Of a stretch of DNA of 64,000 bases, positions 20,204-28,978 are shown piece by piece. The notes under the pieces were generated by a model. That model was given only the letters and a program-made list of their open reading frames with translations. It searched no databases and was not told the origin of the DNA. Origin of the DNA: Spongiibacteraceae bacterium. GTDB taxonomy: Bacteria > Pseudomonadota > Gammaproteobacteria > Pseudomonadales > Dasaniaceae. The position numbers were made by a program, and so were the translations under genes. Within the stretch, counting starts at the first letter, position 1; every line of letters starts with the position of its first letter. Location of the stretch: positions 62,211-126,210 of the forward strand of contig JANQLG010000012.1 in NCBI GenBank assembly GCA_028280715.1, read 5' to 3'.

Positions 20204-20246
20204 TGCATACAGTTATTTCTGTTATTACAGAAATAACTGTATGCAA
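20203..20246. promoter_or_regulatory. 19-bp perfect inverted repeat (TTGCATACAGTTATTTCTG-N6-CAGAAATAACTGTATGCAA)
   Basis: Read directly from the sequence. It lies between the rtcB2 stop and the GbsR-like regulator start. Candidate operator and/or bidirectional terminator. Confidence 0.5.
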
Positions 20247-20350
20247 GAACATTATCAAAGTCAACCCTATCTATAGATTTTTGGTAAAGATCCAACCTCC
20301 AACACATCGCTACTAAATAATAATCTTAGGCTTAATTCTTCTTACTATCG

Positions 20351-21562
20351 TTAACCCTTAACACACACCACCTGCTTTAACGTGTGAACCACTTCCACCA
20401 GATCAGATTGGTTGGCCATCACCTCATCAATATCTTTGTAAGCGCCAGGAATTTCATCAATAACCTTTGAATCCTTCCTACATTCCACGCCCTTTGTTTG
20501 CTCTAACAAATCAGCACGCTTAAAGACTTTGCGTGCAGCACTGCGACTCATCCTGCGCCCGGCACCGTGAGAGCAACTGCAAAACGCATCCGCATTGCCC
20601 TTGCCTCTGACAATGTAAGAACGTGCGCCCATACTGCCCGGTATAATACCCAACTCGCCTTCTCGTGCACTAATCGCCCCTTTGCGCGTAACAAAAACGT
20701 TCTCGCCAAAATGTGATTCTTTCTGCACATAATTATGGTGGCAATTAATGGCAGTGTTTGTGACACTAAATTTTGGCAATAGTGGCTGGATGGCTCGTAT
20801 CACCAAACCCATCATTTGCTCACGATTGATGCGTGCATATTCCTGAGCCCAATTAACCGCTTCTATATAGTCATCAAAATAATCAGCGCCCTCGGTAAAG
20901 TACGCCAGATCTTTATCGGGCAAATGATGCTGATGCCTGGAAATATCTTTCCGGGCCAGCTGGATAAAATGTCTGCCTATGGCATTGCCAATACCTCGGC
21001 TCCCCGAATGCAGCATGATCCAGACTTGATCACTTTGATCGATACATAATTCGATAAAGTGATTACCACTACCCAAGGTTCCCATTTGTTTAACCCAGGC
21101 TTGCTGAGGCTGCCTCAGCATTTTCAGCAATACCGGGTGTTTTTCAAATAGTCGATCAACACCAGGCGCCAACGTTTGGCACGCCTTGGTTCTGGCAGAA
21201 ACTAATTTATGCGCGCTACTGCCCACTGGTACTGCACGCTCAATAGCTTCGCGAATATTTTTCAAGTTATCCGGCAACTGTGAACTTTTCAACGACAAAC
21301 ACACAGCATTCATACCACAACCGATATCGACACCCACCGCAGCAGGAATAATGGCGGACTTGGTTGGAATCACCGAGCCTACCGTTGCGCCAATGCCAGC
21401 ATGCACATCGGGCATAGCTGCAATATGTGAATGCACGATGGGCAGCTGCGCAATATTTTTTAATTGCGTCAAAGCAAGATTATCAATATCACGAGTATAA
21501 ATCTTTACCGGCTTCACGCCATTTTTTGCATTTTTGTTTAATTCGATTTTAACTGTCATCAC
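20351..21562 (-). CDS. rtcB2: RtcB-family RNA ligase, second paralog (3'-phosphate/5'-OH ligase)
   Basis: 403 aa with RtcB metal/GMP-binding motifs (MPDVHAGIG, GSGNHFIE, CHHNY, SCSHGAGR). Same TLKQVVCVKG C-terminus as the rtcB at 31178. About 50% identical to that copy by eye. Confidence 0.9.
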   Translation of the reverse strand: MMTVKIELNKNAKNGVKPVKIYTRDIDNLALTQLKNIAQLPIVHSHIAAMPDVHAGIGATVGSVIPTKSAIIPAAVGVDIGCGMNAVCLSLKSSQLPDNLKNIREAIERAVPVGSSAHKLVSARTKACQTLAPGVDRLFEKHPVLLKMLRQPQQAWVKQMGTLGSGNHFIELCIDQSDQVWIMLHSGSRGIGNAIGRHFIQLARKDISRHQHHLPDKDLAYFTEGADYFDDYIEAVNWAQEYARINREQMMGLVIRAIQPLLPKFSVTNTAINCHHNYVQKESHFGENVFVTRKGAISAREGELGIIPGSMGARSYIVRGKGNADAFCSCSHGAGRRMSRSAARKVFKRADLLEQTKGVECRKDSKVIDEIPGAYKDIDEVMANQSDLVEVVHTLKQVVCVKG

Positions 21563-21744
21563 GATACCACTATCAAATATTGATTAATGATTTCATCAAG
21601 TGCGCCGCAGCGCGACTCGCTCATCAGTTTCCTGGTGGCGAGTTTTGCTGCTTTGCGCTTGGCTCCATTGGATTTCTCATGCACCCCACCCTTTCGCATA
21701 ATGGGATTGATGGCATGAGGGTTTCTCCGTTTTTGCTTAGCCAT
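21559..21744 (-). CDS. Small highly basic protein (61 aa), hypothetical RtcB2-associated
   Basis: MAKQKRRNPHAINPIMRKGGVHEKSNGAKRKAAKLATRK... Overlaps the rtcB2 start by 4 bp, suggesting translational coupling. No family recognised. Confidence 0.4.
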   Translation of the reverse strand: MAKQKRRNPHAINPIMRKGGVHEKSNGAKRKAAKLATRKLMSESRCGALDEIINQYLIVVS

Positions 21745-21756
21745 TTTCTTCCTCCT

Positions 21757-22701
21757 CTAGGCGGCCATACGAAACCATTGTTGTTTTTTCAATGTTTTTA
21801 ACCGACGCTTGGCCTGTTTATCGCCAGCAATAAAGGAAGGGCCTTCATTGACTGTTTCAAAACAAAACTGCCTTGGCAGTTTGGTATACAGGGAGCGAGG
21901 CGGTTTTGAATAATTAATATGCTTCAATGCCGCACCTGTCTCAAAGCTATGGTAGTAAATTGTATTAATCCCTATTTCTTCTACCAAAAACTTAATAGCT
22001 GCACTCAACATCGCCTCACTCCATAGTGCTTTGTGTCGGTTAATTTCAGATTGCAAATAGGTCATTGCCCTATCGACATAAATATCTAATCCGTAATAGC
22101 AAAAGGCTTTTTCCTTTTCTTTAATTGCCAACTTCATTTCATCGGCCAAATATTCGACTTCGCGCAACCAATCATTCTGAATTTCTTCAATCAGTGCTTC
22201 ACCTGTATTAAAGTCCAGATCAATCCTGGCCCAAGCCAAAGTACTACGCGTATCAGATATAGGATGGGCAAAGAATTTAAACAAATCCAAATCGTTACCA
22301 ATGCAATGACGATAGATCTGATCGTGGCGGTTACAGAAATTCATCTGCAATACCAAGTTAGTACCGGGGCGAGAGGTTTGATAATAGCGATAACGCTTTA
22401 CCCTTTCCCTCCCCCATGTTCCTAAAGTCAAAACATAGGATTCGTAATTTTGTGGCCATAATGTCTCAATATCCTCTGCTCTAAGAACACCACTACCGCA
22501 ACGAGCCAACAACGATGTAAATAAAGGCTTATTCATTAACTTGCCTAACTTACTTTTCTTTAAATCCGCCACCTGGCTAGGTCCATTACGTAGCAAATTG
22601 CGCTGTAATAAATAAGCCGCGTAATAATCCTTATAATAAGTAAATAAGGTCCTATCCTTTGGCAGGCAATCAATAATTTCCTGTGCTAATTTTGCTTGCA
22701 T
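21757..22701 (-). CDS. Hypothetical protein (314 aa), first gene of the rtcB2 operon
   Basis: No recognisable motif. Ends 13 bp before the small basic ORF. Confidence 0.45.
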   Translation of the reverse strand: MQAKLAQEIIDCLPKDRTLFTYYKDYYAAYLLQRNLLRNGPSQVADLKKSKLGKLMNKPLFTSLLARCGSGVLRAEDIETLWPQNYESYVLTLGTWGRERVKRYRYYQTSRPGTNLVLQMNFCNRHDQIYRHCIGNDLDLFKFFAHPISDTRSTLAWARIDLDFNTGEALIEEIQNDWLREVEYLADEMKLAIKEKEKAFCYYGLDIYVDRAMTYLQSEINRHKALWSEAMLSAAIKFLVEEIGINTIYYHSFETGAALKHINYSKPPRSLYTKLPRQFCFETVNEGPSFIAGDKQAKRRLKTLKKQQWFRMAA

Positions 22702-22785
22702 TTTTCACCCCTTATTGCCTTTTTTAAGGCATAAGCATCCCTTCATCGGCAGATAAAACTGCAGACGACAAAAACATTACTTAGA

Positions 22786-22807
22786 GAACTAAGTAATCAC
22801 TATCAGA
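22786..22807. promoter_or_regulatory. Palindrome ATTACTTAG-AGAA-CTAAGTAAT in the 368-bp gap upstream of the 314-aa gene
   Basis: Perfect 9-bp inverted repeat with a 4-bp spacer. Candidate operator. Confidence 0.3.
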
Positions 22808-23069
22808 AAAGTTGGGAGTTACAGGAAATCAGTATTAACTGAAAAATTGACCGGCAAGGCCCAACAATGTGACAGAATTTTTATTGATAAACATATCGAG
22901 CCTCCTTTTGATTAGGGTTAATGTGAATAAAAAATCAGCGACGCTGCTGATGGGCGCGAACTATAGTTAGATCACTATTTATTTTCAAGTAAAAATATAA
23001 ATTTTTTGAAAAAATTGTATTACTACCGAAAAATATCACTCTCAAAAACAATCGCTTGATCAAGGAGCA

Positions 23070-23837
23070 TTAATCAATCACCTTTCGAAAAACCTCATCG
23101 TATGCACTTAACTTTACAGCATCACCAACGGGGACCTGTTCAGCTCTGTTTTTAATCGCATCGTAGCAGGACAACATATAATCCTGAATCTCCGGATTGA
23201 TATTTACCTTTGCGCTTTCAGTGAGATGCTGTTTTTCCACTAATAGCTGATCTATTAGTAAACTTATAGAATGACCCTGAAAATATCTATCCTTAAGATA
23301 TTGGAACGGTACAGGAGGGTTGGTATTTTCATCGACAATCCATTGTGCACAAAGTAATGACCTTAACGCATAGAGACAACTCTTGGCGTTATTCCATACC
23401 TTATCATCCTCCAGCTTTTTCTTTGCCATGGACAAATAATGGTAAAAAACTGCCTTGGCATTAAAAGACTGAGCGGCCAACTCCTTGAGCAAGACAACCT
23501 TCGATGTGTCCTGACGATAGACAATGGGAGAATAAAGCCATTCGAACAGTGGCCCATTACCCTTTTTTAGCAAGCGCAAGGACTTACCAATATCCCATCC
23601 ACCCGCATCCAGATCGCCAATGAATACTGTATCGATCACATCGCGTTTTTCAAAGGGCGATAGATACCAATGAGCTGGATGGCAATAGATAAAACGTACA
23701 TCGTAATCGCTGTCTTTAGATGCAAAGCCCCAGGCTCGACTACCTGTCTCAACTGCTAGCAGTATAGTAACGTCATTACTGGTTTCTATTTTCGTCAGCA
23801 AGCTGAGTATTTCTTGTTGTTTATTCACTGGTGTCAA
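23070..23837 (-). CDS. Pol-beta superfamily nucleotidyltransferase (RNA-repair-associated, RlaP-like)
   Basis: GS-x9-DxD signature (VETGSRAWGFASKDSDYDVRF). Overlaps the upstream paralogous NTase by 4 bp. Lies in a cca/rtcB context. Confidence 0.6.
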   Translation of the reverse strand: MTPVNKQQEILSLLTKIETSNDVTILLAVETGSRAWGFASKDSDYDVRFIYCHPAHWYLSPFEKRDVIDTVFIGDLDAGGWDIGKSLRLLKKGNGPLFEWLYSPIVYRQDTSKVVLLKELAAQSFNAKAVFYHYLSMAKKKLEDDKVWNNAKSCLYALRSLLCAQWIVDENTNPPVPFQYLKDRYFQGHSISLLIDQLLVEKQHLTESAKVNINPEIQDYMLSCYDAIKNRAEQVPVGDAVKLSAYDEVFRKVID

Positions 23838-24739
23838 TCGCCTTTAGCACGCAACACTATGGACTCAATTTCTCGCAGGGCTGCAACGGCTTTATCCTCC
23901 GTGACAATGCATGCATCTAATGAACCATAATGCTGCTCTAAACACTCAAGCAATAATGCTTTGATCGCCTGTTTATCGGCTGCCAGCGGCAATTGGCTAT
24001 CCAGGTAAAGTTGTTCCAATTGTTTTTCCTTATCCGCAAAGTAGTCTTCGACTTGTTGCTGCGTCCAATCTCCTCTACGGATCGCTTTTAACTGTTCTTT
24101 GTTTCTTGCTAAATCCAAATCCTGCTCAACCAGGATTTGTTCTATTTCATTCAACAGACGAACAACGTGATAAGCAAATTTCACATCGTAACCAAATTGT
24201 TCAATGATCTTTTGGCGACCACCTTCCGGAACCTTGGTACGCATTTTATGTATTTGCGCATAGGCATAACCTTTAAATCGCGCCCAGCTACCTTTATGTA
24301 GAAAAATATGTCGCTTTTCACGGACACGCTCACCCACTGCCGTGCTATATAGCACGCAGTTTCTAGGTACAAATAATGAATCGATGATATTGGGGTTGTT
24401 ATCCATTAACAGTCGAAAGTATTTAATGACCGAATAGATGGTTAGATCATATTCACGCCCCTTCCCGCCCATGGCTGATTTATCGATCATATGATGTTGC
24501 TGGATTTGTTCAAACATCGGCTCAGTATCATCGAAACCAGGTATCTCTCCACGCAAGTGAGGAAACACCCAATCACGTGGGGGAATCGCAAAACCATAGA
24601 CATCCATATCTGAATGATCTCCAGCGACACCATAGGCTATCGAACCCATCACCACTTCATATTGAACCGCTGTATCCAAAAATTTGGGAGGTGATTTTAA
24701 CAACCCCATTTTTATTAAATGCTGAGTTTTACTGCTCAT
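23834..24739 (-). CDS. Pol-beta superfamily nucleotidyltransferase (second, RlaP-like)
   Basis: MGSIAYGVAGDHSDMDVYGF nucleotidyltransferase motif. Directly downstream of cca. Confidence 0.6.
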   Translation of the reverse strand: MSSKTQHLIKMGLLKSPPKFLDTAVQYEVVMGSIAYGVAGDHSDMDVYGFAIPPRDWVFPHLRGEIPGFDDTEPMFEQIQQHHMIDKSAMGGKGREYDLTIYSVIKYFRLLMDNNPNIIDSLFVPRNCVLYSTAVGERVREKRHIFLHKGSWARFKGYAYAQIHKMRTKVPEGGRQKIIEQFGYDVKFAYHVVRLLNEIEQILVEQDLDLARNKEQLKAIRRGDWTQQQVEDYFADKEKQLEQLYLDSQLPLAADKQAIKALLLECLEQHYGSLDACIVTEDKAVAALREIESIVLRAKGD

Positions 24740-24765
24740 TACATCCTTTCCTTTTAGTAGCCGTT

Positions 24766-26001
24766 TTATACGGCAGAGCGCACACTAGCCATATACTTAG
24801 CTATCGCTGTAATTCTTAAACGCCTTATTTGTTCGGCCAACTTTACACCTTCATAGCCTTGTTCAAGCAACGGTTTAACATCAACATTCTTTGCCTCATC
24901 ACCACAGCGAATCAAAAGCTCGCCATTGGGATAATCTCGATGCTCTAAACCTTTTCTACCTCTAGCATCGGCTTCACAGGCCTGTGCAAAGTAGCGCACT
25001 CTTTCTGGCCTTCGAATACCATCAAGCGATTCCAGCAGACGCATGATCGAGCGCGGTTGCATTTCTAGCATTTTATGACAGCGCAAGTGATTTTTAGTCA
25101 CCTGTATAGCGATATCACGAAAGTCATTAGGCACTTTGTATCGCTCACAAACATGTTCAACCAGGGGAACGCCATTGTCCTCATGCCGAATATGTTTCGG
25201 CCACTCGTCTTCAGGGGTTAACCCTTTACCGAGATCGTGAAGTAAACCTGCCCAGGTGACCACCAGCTCATTATATTTAGATCGCGCCAAATCGATAACG
25301 GCCATCACATGATCCCCGGTATCAATCTCCGGATGATATTGCTCAGGCTGAGGAACACCAAACAAACAATCCACCTCAGGCAACAAAACCTTGAGTGCAC
25401 CACATTGTCTAAGCACAAGAAAAAACTCACTGGGTTTTGGCTCAGTTAATGCCCGAGACATTTCTTTCCAAACACGCTCTGGTGTTAATTCCTCTAATTC
25501 TCCCTCATCGACAAGCTGCTTCATCAATGCCAATGTGTCATCATGAACGGAAAAACCTAACTCTCCATAGCGGGCTGCAAATCTGGCAACCCTTAACACC
25601 CTAAGCGGATCTTCGACAAATGCCTCAGAAACATGGCGCAGTAATTTATTGCCTAAATCATCTCGCCCACCATATGGATCAACATAGCTACCATCTTCTT
25701 TTTTTGCGATGGCATTGATTGTCAGATCCCGGCGGGATAAATCATCTTCTAAGGTCACCTCTGGACCGAAATCACACACAAAGCCCGTATGCCCTTTACC
25801 CGATTTTCTTTCTGTTCTGGCCAGCGCGTATTCATCTTTTGTTTCTGGGTGAAGAAAACAGGGAAAATCATTACCAATTTGTTGGTAACCTAGCGACAAT
25901 AACTCCTCTTGGGTAGAGCCAACAACCACCCAATCTCTATCCGCTACGGGGCGACCAAGCAATTCATCACGGACCGCACCTCCTACTAAATATTTTTCCA
26001 T
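24766..26001 (-). CDS. cca: Multifunctional CCA-adding tRNA nucleotidyltransferase with HD domain
   Basis: Near-collinear with E. coli Cca (YLVGGAVRDELLGRPVADRDWVV...RDLTINA...HD domain LHDLGKG). The ATG at 26001 (MEKYLVGG) is used rather than the ORF-track start at 26019. Confidence 0.9.
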   Translation of the reverse strand: MEKYLVGGAVRDELLGRPVADRDWVVVGSTQEELLSLGYQQIGNDFPCFLHPETKDEYALARTERKSGKGHTGFVCDFGPEVTLEDDLSRRDLTINAIAKKEDGSYVDPYGGRDDLGNKLLRHVSEAFVEDPLRVLRVARFAARYGELGFSVHDDTLALMKQLVDEGELEELTPERVWKEMSRALTEPKPSEFFLVLRQCGALKVLLPEVDCLFGVPQPEQYHPEIDTGDHVMAVIDLARSKYNELVVTWAGLLHDLGKGLTPEDEWPKHIRHEDNGVPLVEHVCERYKVPNDFRDIAIQVTKNHLRCHKMLEMQPRSIMRLLESLDGIRRPERVRYFAQACEADARGRKGLEHRDYPNGELLIRCGDEAKNVDVKPLLEQGYEGVKLAEQIRRLRITAIAKYMASVRSAV

Positions 26002-26016
26002 TAATTCCACCAGTAA

Positions 26017-26055
26017 CAAAAAAAGCGGCTATTTATCTACTAATAAACAGCCGCT
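26017..26055 (-). terminator. Rho-independent terminator after the SPFH gene
   Basis: On the minus strand, AGCGGCT...AGCCGCT forms a 7-bp GC stem plus an extended AU stem, followed by TTTTTTT. It sits between the SPFH stop and the cca start. Confidence 0.55.
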
Positions 26056-26060
26056 TAACT

Positions 26061-27206
26061 TTAATTTGGGGACAATTTAACCAAGTCATTCAAGACACCG
26101 TCAAGACCACCATACACAGAGATCTTGTCGATACGCTCAGTGACTCGCTCCAATGACTCCAACTCTTTAAGCCGCAATAGGGTTGGGTTGTTTTCCATCA
26201 TTTTTGCGGTGTTATGCAATGAACGCATCGCTTGAGTTTCTTCGCGACGCTTGATCAAGTTTGCTTCAGCTTCTTTTTGAGCTTCTACTACCTGATTCAA
26301 AATCACTTTCATATCACCAGGCAAAACGATGTCCTTCACACCCACGCTTTGCAGCACAATACCGTATTCCTTGAATTTATCGCGAACACTTTCCGCAATA
26401 ACAGTATTGAGAGAGTCTTTATCCTCCAATAACTGGTCCAAAGTTTTGGTACCAACCGCTTCTCGCAAACGCAACTGCAGCTCACGATAGATGAAACCTG
26501 CGTAATCACTCAGCTTCAGTGCCACGATTTCTGGGCTATCGATACGATAACTCGCAGATAGATTGATTCGCAAACTGACACGATCCTTAGTCAAAATTTC
26601 TTGACCATTGACCTCTGCTACTTGCAAACGCATATCCAGTAACTTAACAACCACTGAACGATTGTATTTCCAGAAACCATAGCTACCTGGCTCTAAGATT
26701 TTTTCAAGCTTACCATTTACCAATAACAAACCCACATGTTCATCTGGCACTTCGTTGTAGCTAATCGCACGAGCAACTTCTTTACTCGCGCCAATCTTTA
26801 AGCCACGACCCAATAAACCAATTAACTTTTCATCAATTTGGTAATTGGCATCAATATCAATAACGTCGACGCGGACATCTTCAACATCTTTCCAGAATAC
26901 ATATAAAGAGCCTGGTGCCAACACATCCACTAAGTGACGATCTCGATAGATCAAGCCTACTTGAGTATCAGTCAATTCAACACGATCCAAATAGTCTGAA
27001 AGCTTATCAGCATAAGTATTTAGCAAGAATTTGGTATTCTTGTGCTCAAATTCCACAGCAGTGACATCATAGGTTTCAAGTTTTATATCACCACTGATAA
27101 TTTCCACACGGTGACGACCTGGACCTAATACACCAACAAATCGATTACGGCGATACATCAATGCCTTTTGACTATCAGCGATATCAATTGTTTTCCATAG
27201 CAACAT
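26061..27206 (-). CDS. Cytoplasmic SPFH/band-7 (slipin-like) domain protein
   Basis: 381 aa with no N-terminal TM. SPFH core plus a C-terminal coiled coil (EAQKEAEANLIKRREE). Confidence 0.7.
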   Translation of the reverse strand: MLLWKTIDIADSQKALMYRRNRFVGVLGPGRHRVEIISGDIKLETYDVTAVEFEHKNTKFLLNTYADKLSDYLDRVELTDTQVGLIYRDRHLVDVLAPGSLYVFWKDVEDVRVDVIDIDANYQIDEKLIGLLGRGLKIGASKEVARAISYNEVPDEHVGLLLVNGKLEKILEPGSYGFWKYNRSVVVKLLDMRLQVAEVNGQEILTKDRVSLRINLSASYRIDSPEIVALKLSDYAGFIYRELQLRLREAVGTKTLDQLLEDKDSLNTVIAESVRDKFKEYGIVLQSVGVKDIVLPGDMKVILNQVVEAQKEAEANLIKRREETQAMRSLHNTAKMMENNPTLLRLKELESLERVTERIDKISVYGGLDGVLNDLVKLSPN

Positions 27207-27570
27207 AATATTACTCCTTCTATTACAAACTTAATAAGGCGAGGCTCACCCAGGATCAACGAGGTTATTGATTTGCATACTTTAGGCAAAGAACAACAGC
27301 GGCTTGCTGCGTAATGATTCAAAGCATTTCCTAAGTTAAAAACTCTTCCTTAAACCGAGCTTTTACAATCATTACGGGTCAAACATGTTGTCTCCGCGTA
27401 AAGCATGAACCCATCAACAACGGCGATGATGCCGGCGTTTCAAACGTTGATAAACCTCATCAACGATTAAAACTATGAGCCTCTAACAGATTTTTATGCA
27501 AGGACCTGAACCTTGTGGGGACTCGAACCCCTAGTCTCTCGACTATACCAAGAGTCGTTTTTCAGACGAC

Positions 27571-27646
27571 GGTTACTTTGACAGGAATCGAACCTGCGGC
27601 CTATCGATTATGAGTCGACTGCTCTACCCAACTGAGCTACAAAGTA
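27571..27646 (-). tRNA. tRNA-Met/Ile2 (anticodon CAT), AU-rich acceptor stem
   Basis: Cloverleaf read by eye: acceptor UACUUUG/CAAAGUA, D-arm GCUC-AGUUGGGUA-GAGC, anticodon loop CUCAUAA, T-arm GCAGG-UUCGAUU-CCUGU, discriminator A, followed by CC. Confidence 0.75.
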
Positions 27647-27772
27647 CGGGCTTTAAGGTTTTGATACAGATTGGTACACACGACACCAGAGATGCTTGTG
27701 CCAGGCCGACATTCAGAGACGACTCCGCTAACCTGCCAACAACGGCTTAAAGTCTTTTGCAACTTGCTACGA

Positions 27773-28336
27773 TTAAGCAGCAAGCCAACATCTTTGCCCA
27801 CTAAAACGGGCTTTTAAGTATTCCATCTGATCACCACGAATCTGGCGATTATCCAGATACATAAATTCAAAAATATTCGGCGCAAAAGGAATGGCTAATA
27901 ATTCCATACCTGCTTGTTCTGGAGTACGACCACCTTTATGGTGATTGCACCGTTCACATGCAGCGACAACATTGGTCCAACAATCCTTACCACCTTGTAC
28001 ACGTGGCACAATGTGATCACGCGTTAACTGCCTGTTATCGAATTCCATTCCACAATACATACAACGTTGACCATCACGCCGAAACAACATCCTGTTAGTT
28101 AGCAGTGGTTCGAAGTTTTGTTTTCCAACATCACCACTGCAGGCAATGATCGGAGCTAGTTGCAAACTTGACTGCAAGCCTTCGCGGTTTACTCCACCAA
28201 AGATCCATAATGACTCAGAACCAAGACTCCAAATCACTTGCTCTTTTACATACATAGTGGCCGCTTCTTGACGGGTTACCCAAGCTTGAGGAACCCCTGA
28301 CTTATTCAATTTCAAAATGCGAGTTTGCTCTTTCAT
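27773..28336 (-). CDS. HNH endonuclease
   Basis: C-terminal HNH motif (CMYCG...LTRDHIVPRVQGG...CERCNHHKG). Embedded between the tRNA array and tRNA-Met. Confidence 0.85.
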   Translation of the reverse strand: MKEQTRILKLNKSGVPQAWVTRQEAATMYVKEQVIWSLGSESLWIFGGVNREGLQSSLQLAPIIACSGDVGKQNFEPLLTNRMLFRRDGQRCMYCGMEFDNRQLTRDHIVPRVQGGKDCWTNVVAACERCNHHKGGRTPEQAGMELLAIPFAPNIFEFMYLDNRQIRGDQMEYLKARFSGQRCWLAA

Positions 28337-28414
28337 ACTCCTACCTCTACTTCATCACTTTCACTCTCACAAATAAAGATGCACTTCCCCTGTGCGACTT
28401 ATCATCCGTAAGCT

Positions 28415-28492
28415 GGTACCCAAGGTGAGAGTCGAACTCACAAAATCAACAGATTCTAAATCTGCACGCTTTGCCAATTTGCGTACCTGGGT
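28415..28492 (-). tRNA. Atypical class-I tRNA with anticodon TAG (Leu-like D-arm and anticodon loop, no long variable arm)
   Basis: ACCCAGG-UA-CGC-AAAUUGGCAAA-GCG-U-GCAGA-UUUAGAA-UCUGU-UGAUUUU-GUGAG-UUCGACU-CUCAC-CUUGGGU-A-CCA. D-arm and anticodon loop resemble tRNA-Leu(UAG), but the variable region is only 7 nt. Confidence 0.55.
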
Positions 28493-28539
28493 AAATTTTG
28501 TGTGCACACATCCCTTGTGCTTGTCTTTCATCCTTAAAC

Positions 28540-28614
28540 TGGTTGGGGCAATGGGAATCGAACCCACCTCCGCCGGATTAAAAGTCCGGTGCACAACCGC
28601 TATGCCATACCCCA
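28540..28614 (-). tRNA. tRNA-Lys (anticodon TTT) with Gln-like U1-A72 body
   Basis: UGGGGUA.../...UGCCCCA-A-CCA acceptor. Anticodon arm CCGGA-CUUUUAA-UCCGG. T-loop UUCGAUU. Confidence 0.65.
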
Positions 28615-28630
28615 TCTTTCGAAAATAAAT

Positions 28631-28708
28631 TGGTCAGAGTGGTAGGACTCGAACCTACGACCCCCTCCATCCAAAGGAGGTGCGCTAACCAGACTGCGCT
28701 ACACTCTG
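28631..28708 (-). tRNA. tRNA-Pro (anticodon TGG)
   Basis: CAGAGUG-UAGCGCAGUCUGGUUAGCGC-A-CCUCC-UUUGGAU-GGAGG...GGUUCGAGUCC...CACUCUG-A-CCA. Confidence 0.8.
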
Positions 28709-28723
28709 AAAATCTTTTTACTA

Positions 28724-28798
28724 TGGAGTGCGCAACTGGAATCGAACCAGTGAAAACGGAAGTTGCAGTTCCGCGCATTACCTCTCTGCCACACGCAC
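28724..28798 (-). tRNA. tRNA-Cys (anticodon GCA)
   Basis: Anticodon arm CGGAA-CUGCAAC-UUCCG. Discriminator U73 then CCA. T-loop UUCGAUU. Confidence 0.75.
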
Positions 28799-28817
28799 TT
28801 TTTGCTCATTGTAAAAG

Positions 28818-28891
28818 TGGCTACGGTGTCCGGACTCGAACCGGAATCCTCGGAGTCAAAGTCCAATGCGTTACCATTTCGCCACACCGCA
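28818..28891 (-). tRNA. tRNA-Gln (anticodon TTG)
   Basis: U1-A72 start, discriminator G73 and CCA encoded. Anticodon arm UUGGA-CUUUGAC-UCCGA. T-arm UCCGG-UUCGAGU-CCGGA. Confidence 0.75.
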
Positions 28892-28901
28892 AAAAATTTG
28901 G

Positions 28902-28972
28902 GGTGATGCCGGGAATTGAACCCTGGTCTCCTGGTCCACAGCCAGGCGCTCTACCACTGAGCTAACATCACC
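28902..28972 (-). tRNA. tRNA-His (anticodon GTG), CCA not encoded
   Basis: GGUGAUG acceptor. D-arm GCUC-AGUGGUA-GAGC. Anticodon arm CCUGG-CUGUGGA-CCAGG. One mismatch in the T-stem. C73 is followed by CAA. Confidence 0.7.
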
Positions 28973-28978
28973 ACAATT

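Noticed and set aside
24766-26019. cca start at 26019 (MLLVELMEKY...)
   Set aside because: That start codon would lie inside the terminator U-tract of the upstream SPFH gene. Alignment with E. coli Cca (MKIYLVGGAVRD) supports the ATG at 26001.
28367-28965. Six-frame ORFs of 62-111 aa on both strands across 28.37-28.97 kb
   Set aside because: They are translations straight through the tRNA array (for example GFESRHV and GIEPT runs from T-arm sequences). No independent coding evidence.
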